DNA of 64,000 nt from an uncultured Clostridia bacterium (lineage in GTDB: Bacteria > Bacillota > Clostridia > Oscillospirales > CAG-382), in contig CALWBE010000062.1 in the NCBI GenBank assembly GCA_944375955.1, positions 1,314 through 65,313 of the forward strand. Reading direction: 5' to 3'. This document shows, piece after piece, positions 27,753 through 35,515 of this stretch. The notes under the pieces are model-generated. The model ran no database searches, had not been told where the DNA came from, and was given only the letters and a program-made list of their open reading frames with translations. A program made the translations under genes and the position numbers. Numbering within the stretch: the first letter of the stretch is position 1; the number at the start of each line of letters is the position of its first letter.

Positions 27753-29035
27753 TCTTCACCGCCTCCGTCCTTAAGTGTCCCTTTTAAAAAGAATATGGTA
27801 TCAAGTTCTGTATCAGACGCACACTTCGAAATTTCTTCTTTTGTAACGCCTTCTATTTCCTTTATTACTTCCTCAAGTGTTTTTTCGCTTCCGCCTATTA
27901 GTCTAGACAAATACCACAGTGAAAGACTTGCTCCGTCATCATAAAGCTCCCTGTATGAATTTATCAGCGCCTTTTTTGCCGAGTCAAGTTCTTCATCAGA
28001 TATAATTCCGTTTTTAATGTTCTCAAGCTGCGCAAGTATCTCACTTACCGCCCGGTCGCGGTTTTCTGTCTCTATACCGCTTGCAACTGTAAGTATCCCT
28101 TTATGAGCTTCGGGAATTGACCGGCAATAATAGCACAAGCTTAGTTTTTCACGCACGTTTTCAAAAAGCTTACTTGTCGGTGAAACTCCGTACAGCTCAT
28201 TAAACAGCGAATAAGCACTGTAGTCTGAGTCAGAAAGACAATGTCCTGATTTAAATCCCAAAATCAGCTTGCCCTGCGCAACTTCCATTTCTTCAGTAAT
28301 CTCAGAAATTCCGCTGCGTTTCCGCACAAATCTCTCCGTAAATATATCTGCAGGCTTGCCTCTGCAAATGCCTCCTATTAGCTGTTTCGCCCGCGCAACA
28401 ATTTCATCAGTTCGGCATTTACCTGTATAAAAAAGTTCAATTCTGCATTCTGAAAGCAGTTTTTTGTAAAACTCATAAAGATTCTTGCCATTGATTTTTG
28501 CTACATTTTCTACGCTTCCGTTTTCTCCGACAGCAAAATTTTCTCCGCTGCACATGGCTTCATGACATTTTTTCATAGCATATGCGTTCTTATTGTTTAT
28601 CAATGAATTTATGGTATCTATAAGATTTTTCTTCTCTGATTCTACAAATTCTTCCTTAAATCCGCCATTCTCAGTTATAGGATTAAAAATAATTTCATGT
28701 ATGGTTTCAAATACCTCATCCGCAAGATTCTCTCCCGACGGTATCAGCGATCCGCGCAAAAAATCCGCCGTAAAACCTATTATCTGTACTTCTCCTCGTT
28801 TAATCACACGGGAAGAAAAGCCTGTCGCATAAAGATAATCAAATCTTTTTGATATCTCTGCCATGTTAGGAAACTTTGAGCAGCCTCTTTTCAAAACAAG
28901 CGGAAGCAATGCCGCATATGATGCAGTTTCCTCTCTAAGTGGAAGAATCATGTTAAAATCAAAATAATCCGTTTTAAATTTGTCCGTTTCGATTATATTA
29001 AGATAAATACCGTCAGACAACTGTACTCTTATCAT
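27749..29035 (-). CDS. M16-family peptidase homologue lacking HxxEH (probable non-catalytic partner)
   Basis: 428 aa with length and layout like M16. No HxxEH anywhere in the sequence; the expected position reads ASYAALLPLVLKRG. RBS GGAGG. 4-nt overlap with the downstream gene. Confidence 0.8.
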   Translation of the reverse strand: MIRVQLSDGIYLNIIETDKFKTDYFDFNMILPLREETASYAALLPLVLKRGCSKFPNMAEISKRFDYLYATGFSSRVIKRGEVQIIGFTADFLRGSLIPSGENLADEVFETIHEIIFNPITENGGFKEEFVESEKKNLIDTINSLINNKNAYAMKKCHEAMCSGENFAVGENGSVENVAKINGKNLYEFYKKLLSECRIELFYTGKCRTDEIVARAKQLIGGICRGKPADIFTERFVRKRSGISEITEEMEVAQGKLILGFKSGHCLSDSDYSAYSLFNELYGVSPTSKLFENVREKLSLCYYCRSIPEAHKGILTVASGIETENRDRAVSEILAQLENIKNGIISDEELDSAKKALINSYRELYDDGASLSLWYLSRLIGGSEKTLEEVIKEIEGVTKEEISKCASDTELDTIFFLKGTLKDGGGEE

Positions 29036-29166
29036 ATTTACCTCCGGTTTCTGATTTTCATTATTTATAAAACATATTATATACTAAACAGTATCTGATA
29101 TCAAGAAAATTCGGTAAATTTTACCTTTATTTTTTTATTTTATTGTTTTTCTCAATATCATTACTT

Positions 29167-29265
29167 TTACTTTCTGTCTTTAAATGCTTGTTCACTCACG
29201 GCAAGGCAACACATTATTACAACACCTATAAATATTCCTCCGATAAAGCTAAGTATATATCCCAT
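29167..29265 (-). CDS. Candidate 32-aa hydrophobic micro-protein (below the ORF-track threshold)
   Basis: My translation is MGYILSFIGGIFIGVVIMCCLAVSEQAFKDRK*. ATG 29265 lies 8 nt after GGGAG, and TATAAT sits about 20 nt upstream. One TM helix plus a charged tail. No homology evidence. Confidence 0.3.
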   Translation of the reverse strand: MGYILSFIGGIFIGVVIMCCLAVSEQAFKDRK

Positions 29266-29424
29266 ATTTATACTCCCGATTATATATTTTCTAACACTTT
29301 TTACTGTTTATATTTTGCTCATTTTATATTCGTTAATTCCGAAAAATTTGCTTTTTTAATAAGCATAGGGACAATAAAAAAATTTATTGTAACAAATTTC
29401 ATCACCGTTTAAATTCCTAACAAA

Positions 29425-29460
29425 AATAAAACTGACACCGTAAAAACGGTGTCAGTCTTT
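29425..29460 (-). terminator. Rho-independent terminator of the collagen-like gene
   Basis: ACTGACACCG / taaaaa / CGGTGTCAGT (29431-29456). The minus strand is followed by TTTATTTTTG. Lies about 75 nt past the stop at 29534. Confidence 0.65.
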
Positions 29461-29533
29461 AAATCATACCGGAGCTTTACATTTGCCGGTCATAATTTTT
29501 TATTTTTTATAAATGAGTAACAACTCAATAAAA

Positions 29534-30487
29534 TCATGAAGAAAGCAGTCCTGCATCACGAAGATTTTGCAAAAGTTCGTTAAATTGATCTACAACATCT
29601 CCGGTACCGGTAGCATCAGTAACAGCTGCTGCCGGAGTAACAGGACCTGTTGGACCGGTTGGTCCTGTAGGGCCGGTTGGACCTGTCGGACCTGTTGCTC
29701 CCGTAGCTCCATCGGCTCCGTCCAATCCTGCAATACCCTGTGCTCCTGCCGCACCTTCTGGTCCGGTCGGGCCGGTTGGACCTGTCGGGCCTGTTGGTCC
29801 TGTTGGACCTGTTGCTCCGGTCGGTCCTGCATCGCCTGCTCTTCCCTGAGCTCCTGTAGGGCCGGTTGCTCCAGTAGGCCCTGTCGGGCCCATTTGTCCA
29901 TTGCTTCCTGCAGTGCCGGTAGGTCCGGTAACTCCAGTCGCACCTGTTGCTCCGGTGGCGCCTGTTGCTCCGGTTGGTCCTGCAACACCTGTTGCTCCAG
30001 TTGGACCTTGAACTCCAGTCGCACCTGTTGGGCCTGTAGGACCCATTCTTCCGTTAGTGCCTGCTTCTCCGGTAGGACCGGTAGGACCTGTCGGACCCAT
30101 TGCTCCGTTTAGTCCCGCAGGGCCTGTCGGGCCTGTAGGACCCATAAGTCCATTAGAACCTGCCGGTCCTGTTGGTCCTGTCGGTCCTTCTGGACCCATA
30201 GCGCCTGTTGCTCCCGTTGCTCCGGTTGCACCTGTCGGGCCTGTAGGACCGCCTGCTGGACCTGTAGCTCCGGTTGCACCTGTTGGGCCTGTAGGGCCTG
30301 CAGCTCCAGTAGCGCCGGTAAATCCTCTCGGTCCGGTTGTACCAGGTATTCCCATGGGTCCCATGGGACCTGTCGGGCCTGTCGGGCCTGTTGGTCCAAC
30401 CACACAGTTACAGCAAGTACAGCAACTTGCAGGACGCCCACAGCGAGGACAAACATTTATCATTCTGCCGTAAGCATTAGAATTCAT
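29534..30487 (-). CDS. Collagen-like triple-helix-repeat protein (BclA-like architecture, Gly-Pro-Thr rich) with Cys-rich N-terminus
   Basis: About 80 G-X-Y triplets dominated by GPT/GAT. N-terminal 30 aa [30 protein letters not shown] carry 7 Cys. The 35-aa non-collagen tail is [35 protein letters not shown]. The track start GTG 30499 overlaps the AAGGAG RBS, so ATG 30487 is more likely. Confidence 0.85.
   Translation of the reverse strand: MNSNAYGRMINVCPRCGRPASCCTCCNCVVGPTGPTGPTGPMGPMGIPGTTGPRGFTGATGAAGPTGPTGATGATGPAGGPTGPTGATGATGATGAMGPEGPTGPTGPAGSNGLMGPTGPTGPAGLNGAMGPTGPTGPTGEAGTNGRMGPTGPTGATGVQGPTGATGVAGPTGATGATGATGATGVTGPTGTAGSNGQMGPTGPTGATGPTGAQGRAGDAGPTGATGPTGPTGPTGPTGPTGPEGAAGAQGIAGLDGADGATGATGPTGPTGPTGPTGPTGPVTPAAAVTDATGTGDVVDQFNELLQNLRDAGLLSS
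29650..30397 (-). repeat. Imperfect 9-bp (GGN CCN ACN) tandem-repeat tract encoding the collagen-like region
   Basis: Visibly G+C-rich against AT-rich flanks. It is stop-free in several frames on both strands, which produces four overlapping artefact ORFs in the track. Synonymous codons are heavily shuffled between repeat units. Confidence 0.9.
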
Positions 30488-30607
30488 ACATGCATACACT
30501 CCTTAAACTGTAAATGCCAGGCAAATATAAATTTACTCTGTTCATCTAAAACAAGTTATTTAGACAAATACAAATCTATACTGCCTCAATCCAATATATT
30601 CAAAAAA

Positions 30608-31690
30608 TCAGAGAATGTTCGAAGAGACGCTTTTAAAATACTCCAAATTATGAAGATATGCCGGCGAAGACGGACGATATTTACCTGCTATCTGATTATA
30701 TGCTTCTGATTTTTTTCGATCTCCTAATCTGTCATAGCACACACAAAGCTGTATGCATGGCAGATAACCATAACAATCCTGAGATACAAATCCTCCGCCG
30801 GTTTCATTTTTTGGTATTCTCAGTGCTGTTTCAAACCAGAATGCTGCTATACGATAGTTGTTTTTTTTCATAAATAAATTGCCAAGTTCACAGCAAATCT
30901 CTGCTCTAGGCGAATCATATCTGAACGAAACAGTCAGCGCATCCAACGCTTTCTGTATTTCATTTTTTTGCGTGTAGCAATAAGACATTATCTTACATGC
31001 CTCAATATTATTTTCCGTCCACCCCTCTCCAGAATTAAGAAATTCTTCTAATACAGTCAAAGCTTCTTCATATCTTTTGTGATAATAAAGCTCTCTGCCA
31101 TAATAAAATTGATCTCTTGGAGAAAAAGGGATACCGTCAGATTTTTGTTTCTCATATATTTTTAAGTTTCTGTCGGTGTATACTTTTTTTACCGAACGGT
31201 GCGTTACGGCGATCTCTTTATATAATGTCCGTCCCGAATGCACGATCGCTTCATGTACTCTCCCCTGCCACGAGAACTGTATGCTTCTTCGTATCAGCCG
31301 TGCTCTGTAATATGAAAAAACAGGATTTCCCTCTTCGTCAAATGCAGTATTATAACGCATCATTATTACATCTGCCGTATCGGGAATATTGTTTTTAAAT
31401 TCAATTAACGCAGCCCTATCTTTATCCTCTATTACATCATCCGCATCCAGCCACATGACAAAATCCATGTTAGCTTTTGAAAAAGAATAATTTCTGGCAG
31501 CTGAAAAGTCGTCTATCCATTCAAAATCATATATCCTGTTTGTATATCTTGCAGCTATTTCTTTTGTGGAATCGCTGCTGCCTGTATCAACAATTATAAT
31601 TTCGTCCACAGCGTCCTTTATACTGTCAAGGCATCTGCCTAACACTGCTTCCTCATCTTTTACTATCATGCATAAACTGATCCCAGCCAT
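30608..31690 (-). CDS. Family-2 (GT-A) glycosyltransferase fused to C-terminal TPR repeats
   Basis: 360 aa. ISLCMIVKDEEAVLGRCLDSI..., IIIVDTGSSDST, and DxD WLDADDV. The C-terminal half has TPR-like helices (YYGRELYYHKRYEEAL..., CYTQKNEIQKALD..., LGNLFMKKNNYRIAAFWFETAL). Confidence 0.85.
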   Translation of the reverse strand: MAGISLCMIVKDEEAVLGRCLDSIKDAVDEIIIVDTGSSDSTKEIAARYTNRIYDFEWIDDFSAARNYSFSKANMDFVMWLDADDVIEDKDRAALIEFKNNIPDTADVIMMRYNTAFDEEGNPVFSYYRARLIRRSIQFSWQGRVHEAIVHSGRTLYKEIAVTHRSVKKVYTDRNLKIYEKQKSDGIPFSPRDQFYYGRELYYHKRYEEALTVLEEFLNSGEGWTENNIEACKIMSYCYTQKNEIQKALDALTVSFRYDSPRAEICCELGNLFMKKNNYRIAAFWFETALRIPKNETGGGFVSQDCYGYLPCIQLCVCYDRLGDRKKSEAYNQIAGKYRPSSPAYLHNLEYFKSVSSNIL

Positions 31691-31820
31691 TATAAAGCGT
31701 CCTCCAATAAAGTCTCTATATTAAAATATGCCTAAAAGATAAATGTTGTTAAAACTACAATCATTAACATGCTGTATAGAATGTTTTTATATAAAATTTA
31801 TTATTCCTCCAAAAATTGCA

Positions 31821-31858
31821 TCAAAAAATGGGGATATGCTTAAAGCATATCCCCATTT
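31821..31858 (-). terminator. Rho-independent terminator of hpf
   Basis: TGGGGATATGCT / taa / AGCATATCCCCA (31829-31855), a 12-bp stem, with T6 following on the minus strand. Confidence 0.7.
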
Positions 31859-31902
31859 CAAAACCTAACAGTTTATATTTTTATTCTCTTTTTAATTACT
31901 TA

Positions 31903-32433
31903 TTATTCCTCTGGAATAATAAGACCATATTCACCGTTCTCCCTGGAATATACTACACATATATTCCCATCATCAATGTTTTTAAACATATAAAATCTGT
32001 GACCTAAAAGATTCATCTGCAAAACTGCGTCCTCAGGAGACATATCAGTCAGTATGAACTTTTTCACCTTTGTTATTCCGATAATATCTTCATCAAGCTC
32101 GTCAAGCGGTTCCGCTCCTTTTAAGGAGTCAAACGCATTTTCACGAAGTCTTTTTGAAAGTTTGGTTTTATTCTTTCTTATCTGACGGTCAAGAGTATCT
32201 ACTGCATCATAAAGTGCTATTACTACATCTGTATTTTCTTCTTCAGCACGGAATATCGTGCCTTTATAAAAAATCGTTATTTCAACCCTCGCAAATTTCC
32301 CACGAGTAGACAAAGTAATATTCGCAGTGACTTCATCCGGGAAAAACCGGTCAAGACGGGAAATCTTTCGGTCAATAATTCCTTTCAGTCTTTCGGAAGT
32401 TTCAAATTTTCTGTTCGTGATAACAGTCTTCAT
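31903..32433 (-). CDS. hpf: Ribosome hibernation-promoting factor, long form
   Basis: MKTVITNRKFETSERLKGIIDRKISRLDRFF..., ARVEITIFYKGTIFRAEEENTD, and a C-terminal dimerisation domain KKFILTDMSPEDAVLQMNLLGHRFYMFKN. ATG 32433 is 7 nt after AAGGAGG; the track start is 32463. Confidence 0.92.
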   Translation of the reverse strand: MKTVITNRKFETSERLKGIIDRKISRLDRFFPDEVTANITLSTRGKFARVEITIFYKGTIFRAEEENTDVVIALYDAVDTLDRQIRKNKTKLSKRLRENAFDSLKGAEPLDELDEDIIGITKVKKFILTDMSPEDAVLQMNLLGHRFYMFKNIDDGNICVVYSRENGEYGLIIPEE

Positions 32434-32543
32434 AACCATGCCTCCTTGAAAAACCTTTTGCAAAGAAAAGAATAATATATACTTTTTATATTTTCTTCTT
32501 TGCAGTTATCGTTAAGAATAAGAGAATCTCTTACCTTAATTAT

Positions 32544-32572
32544 ATTATAACATGATTATAAGGATTTGTAAA
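32544..32572 (-). promoter_or_regulatory. Sigma-A-type promoter (extended -10) for hpf
   Basis: Minus strand TTTACA (32572-32567), 17 nt spacer, TGtTATAAT (-10 at 32549-32544). Confidence 0.55.
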
Positions 32573-32660
32573 TGCTTTTTATGCATATTTCACATAAAAA
32601 ACACCGTTTTTTTAGAAAGTTAACACTTTTCTGTCCTTGCTGATTTTTATAAATACAACT

Positions 32661-33506
32661 CTATATAACTTCTGACGCATGTCTTGTAACATGACATCCG
32701 ATATTTACTGCACACGGCAGCCCTGCTATATGAGTAGGAAAATGCTCTATATTTACTGCAAGACATGTTGTGTTTCCGCCAAACCCCTGAGGGCCAATAT
32801 TTGTCCTGTTTATTTTCTCAAGTATTTCCGCTTCAAGTTCTGCGTAATCGGGATTTTTATTTTTTTCTAAAACATCTCTTAACAATGCCTTCTTAGAAAG
32901 AAACGCCGCGTATTCAAAATCCCCTCCGAGTCCTATTCCCACTATAATCGGAGGACACGGATTGCTTCCGGCTGTTTTCACAGTTTCAATTATATAATTT
33001 ACGATATCTTCGCGTTTTGCCGAAGGGGTAAACATTCTTACAGCACTCATATTTTCACTTCCGAAGCCTTTGGGGACCGCTGTTATCTTTACTTTATCAC
33101 CCGGGACTATAGAAGTATAAATAATTGCAGGTGTATTGTCATCCGTATTGGTACGGTCAAATAAAGGATCTCTCACTATAGATTTTCTCATATATCCCTT
33201 ATCATAAGCTTCCTTTACTCCTGCGTTTACCGCGTCGCTCAAAAGAGCCCCTTCTATATGCACGTCCTGTCCGATTTCAATAAAAACTATCGCCATACCG
33301 GTATCCTGACACACCGGTATATTCATTCTTTCAGCTGCGGCACAGTTTTCTATTAATTTATTTAAAATACTTTGTGCAATCGGAACTTTTTCTTCTTCGG
33401 CACTTCTCTTAATTTTATCATATATATCATCCGGAATCCTGTAATTTGATTGAATAAAAAGCTCACATACTTTATTCTTTATAATATCACTGCTTATTGT
33501 CCTCAA
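32661..33506 (-). CDS. Class I (Fe-S) fumarate hydratase / L-tartrate dehydratase alpha subunit (N-terminal domain protein)
   Basis: 281 aa. PVCQDTGMAIVF, GSNPCPPIIVGIGLGG, and NIGCHVTRH at the C-terminus. TTG start. No beta-subunit gene on either side. Confidence 0.85.
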   Translation of the reverse strand: MRTISSDIIKNKVCELFIQSNYRIPDDIYDKIKRSAEEEKVPIAQSILNKLIENCAAAERMNIPVCQDTGMAIVFIEIGQDVHIEGALLSDAVNAGVKEAYDKGYMRKSIVRDPLFDRTNTDDNTPAIIYTSIVPGDKVKITAVPKGFGSENMSAVRMFTPSAKREDIVNYIIETVKTAGSNPCPPIIVGIGLGGDFEYAAFLSKKALLRDVLEKNKNPDYAELEAEILEKINRTNIGPQGFGGNTTCLAVNIEHFPTHIAGLPCAVNIGCHVTRHASEVI

Positions 33507-33527
33507 TTTTATATATTCCTTTCAATA

Positions 33528-33815
33528 TCATCCTTCAGGCATATCATTTATATATTCTCTATCTGAAGGATTGCGGTAACCTTGATCGTATGCCTTTTCT
33601 TCCATATACTCTTCCGGATCGGTTTCCTGTTTCTCTTTCAGATATTCACGTCTGTCTACCTCTATGCGTGCAGCATCAACTTCTTCCTCAAGCGCTTCGC
33701 ATTCTGCGCGCAGCTCATTCAGCTCCATTTGCAATTTAAAACAAGCTATTATCAAAAATACCATTATTAAAAGAATTGCGCCGGCTGCGAGTTTACTGAT
33801 CCTTTTGTTTTCCAT
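33528..33815 (-). CDS. Septum formation initiator family protein (DivIC/FtsB-like)
   Basis: 95 aa. An N-terminal TM helix (AAGAILLIMVFLIIACF) is followed by a coiled coil (LQMELNELRAECEALEEEVDAARIE). Syntenic position after yabP-yabQ. The 5' end overlaps yabQ by 49 nt. Confidence 0.6.
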   Translation of the reverse strand: MENKRISKLAAGAILLIMVFLIIACFKLQMELNELRAECEALEEEVDAARIEVDRREYLKEKQETDPEEYMEEKAYDQGYRNPSDREYINDMPEG

Positions 33816-34378
33816 TTCTTCTTTTCTCCGTCATTGATATCATCATTCTTTAATACCATAAATAATCCAAAACCTGCGGAAGCCGCTTTTGCAAATTTTT
33901 TCTTTTCCCGTTTATATGATTTTTTTATTTGCTGCTTTCTGCAATAATTCGATATTTTTTTATAAGCTTTTAAAATATAAGATTCCAATAATTTTATTGG
34001 TTTTAATATAAGCCTTAATAAATACAATAATGCTCTTTCCACAATATTATATATAAAGCCTATCGCCTTTAAAACAGCTGACGATAAAGTATACTTATAA
34101 ATTTTATATCCTGCAGCACAGAAAAGAATGTGATACCACCTTATTTCGCCGTTATTGTAATTCAAAGCGCAGCAAAATAAAAAAAGATATCCGGAAAGCA
34201 CCGTAAAAAAATCAGTGAAAAAAATTATTATGCGGTTGACTCCGAATAATTTCACTGTAAGCGACATCATGTCAAAAAAAAGTCCTGCCGCTATTCCAGT
34301 AAAAAGAGCAAACAACATCAGCGGAACCGGATTTTCAAATCCGAATACCGTACCGGCAAAAAAATCATTCTCCAGCAT
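33767..34378 (-). CDS. yabQ: Spore cortex biosynthesis protein YabQ-like membrane protein
   Basis: 203 aa with about 5 TM helices, a NYNNGEIRWYHI motif and a Lys-rich tail. Lies immediately downstream of yabP with a 14-nt overlap. Confidence 0.7.
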   Translation of the reverse strand: MLENDFFAGTVFGFENPVPLMLFALFTGIAAGLFFDMMSLTVKLFGVNRIIIFFTDFFTVLSGYLFLFCCALNYNNGEIRWYHILFCAAGYKIYKYTLSSAVLKAIGFIYNIVERALLYLLRLILKPIKLLESYILKAYKKISNYCRKQQIKKSYKREKKKFAKAASAGFGLFMVLKNDDINDGEKKKWKTKGSVNSQPAQFF

Positions 34379-34661
34379 TCGAAAACATCCTTTTAAATAA
34401 TCCTCTGCGATATGCCGGCTGTGTTTTTCCGACGTATATTATAGAATCTATTTGACCTGTAAGAGTAACGTCTCCGCTGTCATTGCTGAATGATTCTATT
34501 TTTAAGCAGCTGCCCTCTACGTTAAGCTGAGAATCGGAAATATCAAATACCACGCACAATTCGTCAAAGCTTATTATTTCGGAAACTCCCGTAACCGTCA
34601 TGCTTTTTCTGTCACGTACTGTAATATTATGTTGTTTTTGCAAACTTTTTGTTTCTTCCAT
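34365..34661 (-). CDS. yabP: Sporulation protein YabP
   Basis: 98 aa. HNITVRDRKSMTVTGVSEIISFDELCVVFDISDSQLNVEGSCLKIESFS..GDVTLTGQIDSIIY is the YabP/YqfC-type repeat fold. Confidence 0.8.
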   Translation of the reverse strand: MEETKSLQKQHNITVRDRKSMTVTGVSEIISFDELCVVFDISDSQLNVEGSCLKIESFSNDSGDVTLTGQIDSIIYVGKTQPAYRRGLFKRMFSNAGE

Positions 34662-34724
34662 ATATACATTCTCCTTTCGGAAAATATATATTGCACAAGT
34701 GTGGAATTTATTCGTATTCTCAGA

Positions 34725-34967
34725 TCATTCTACCGCTTCATACATCATAGCGGCATCTTTTTTCATAGCATGCTCGTTTATCTCGAGCACACGCACCTTT
34801 ATAGTGCGTTCTCCCATCGTAATCTTTATAATGTCACCCGGCTTAACATCATATGAAGCTTTTGCAGGTTTATCATTTACAAATACCAGCGAATTGTCAC
34901 ATGCCTCATTTGCTACTGTTCTGCGCTTTATAAGCCGAGATACTTTAAGATATTTGTCCAGTCTCAT
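34725..34967 (-). CDS. S4-domain RNA-binding protein (YabO/Hsp15-like)
   Basis: MRLDKYLKVSRLIKRRTVANEACDNSLVFVNDKPAKASYDVKPGDII is an S4 motif. Start ATG 34967; the track start is 35006. Confidence 0.85.
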   Translation of the reverse strand: MRLDKYLKVSRLIKRRTVANEACDNSLVFVNDKPAKASYDVKPGDIIKITMGERTIKVRVLEINEHAMKKDAAMMYEAVE

Positions 34968-35065
34968 TGTGTTCCTTTTCTTTTTTATAATTTTGGCTGC
35001 CGCCACGATTTATGTTTTGCCGCGTTTTTGCGTCATTAAATATTCAAAATACATACAAGGAGCAA

Positions 35066-35107
35066 TTAAAAAGGAAAAGTGCCATATGCAAAGAAGCATA
35101 CGGCACC
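35066..35107 (-). terminator. Rho-independent terminator of the HU gene
   Basis: Minus strand GTGCCGTATGC / ttcttt / GCATATGGCAC followed by TTTTCCTTTTT. Confidence 0.6.
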
Positions 35108-35120
35108 GTGTCTTGGAAAA

Positions 35121-35405
35121 TTATTTGCCTGACTTTGCAACTGCATCCTTAAGCGCGCGTCCTGCAGTAAACTTTGGACGGTCTGTAGCAGGTACTACTT
35201 TTGATTCGCCTGTGCTGGGAATTCTTGCTACCTTTTCTGCACAGTGCTTTACGCTGAAAGTACCAAATCCTATAAGCTGAACTTTATCTCCCTTTGCAAG
35301 AGCGTCTGCCATAGAGTCAAATACAGCATTTACGGCTTTTGATGCCTGATCTTTTGTAAGGTTTGCTTCCTTAGCAACCTTAGCGATCATTTCTGTCTTG
35401 TTCAT
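35121..35405 (-). CDS. hup: DNA-binding protein HU
   Basis: 94 aa. MNKTEMIAKVAKEANLTKDQASKAVNAVFDSMADALAKGDKVQLIGFGTFSV...RPKFTAGRALKDAV. Confidence 0.95.
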   Translation of the reverse strand: MNKTEMIAKVAKEANLTKDQASKAVNAVFDSMADALAKGDKVQLIGFGTFSVKHCAEKVARIPSTGESKVVPATDRPKFTAGRALKDAVAKSGK

Positions 35406-35515
35406 ATTGTAATCTCCTTGTAATAATTTGGTATGTCTATATTATAATCATTCAAGCAAAAAATTGCAACAATTTATATGTAAAAATCAATTTTTTTCTA
35501 CGAAAAATCTCCGTT

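Noticed and set aside
29143-29412. 89-aa plus-strand ORF in the AT-rich spacer
   Set aside because: It has no RBS and a low-complexity Phe/Ile/Tyr-rich translation typical of AT-rich non-coding DNA. The opposite strand holds a better-supported micro-ORF and the collagen-gene terminator.
29567-30473. Four additional long ORFs in the track (29567-30112 +, 29590-30024 -, 30057-30473 +, 30109-30456 -) overlapping the collagen-like gene
   Set aside because: They are artefacts of the G+C-rich GGN-CCN-ACN repeat, which contains no stop codons in several frames on both strands. Only the Gly-X-Y frame has an RBS, sensible termini and a terminator.
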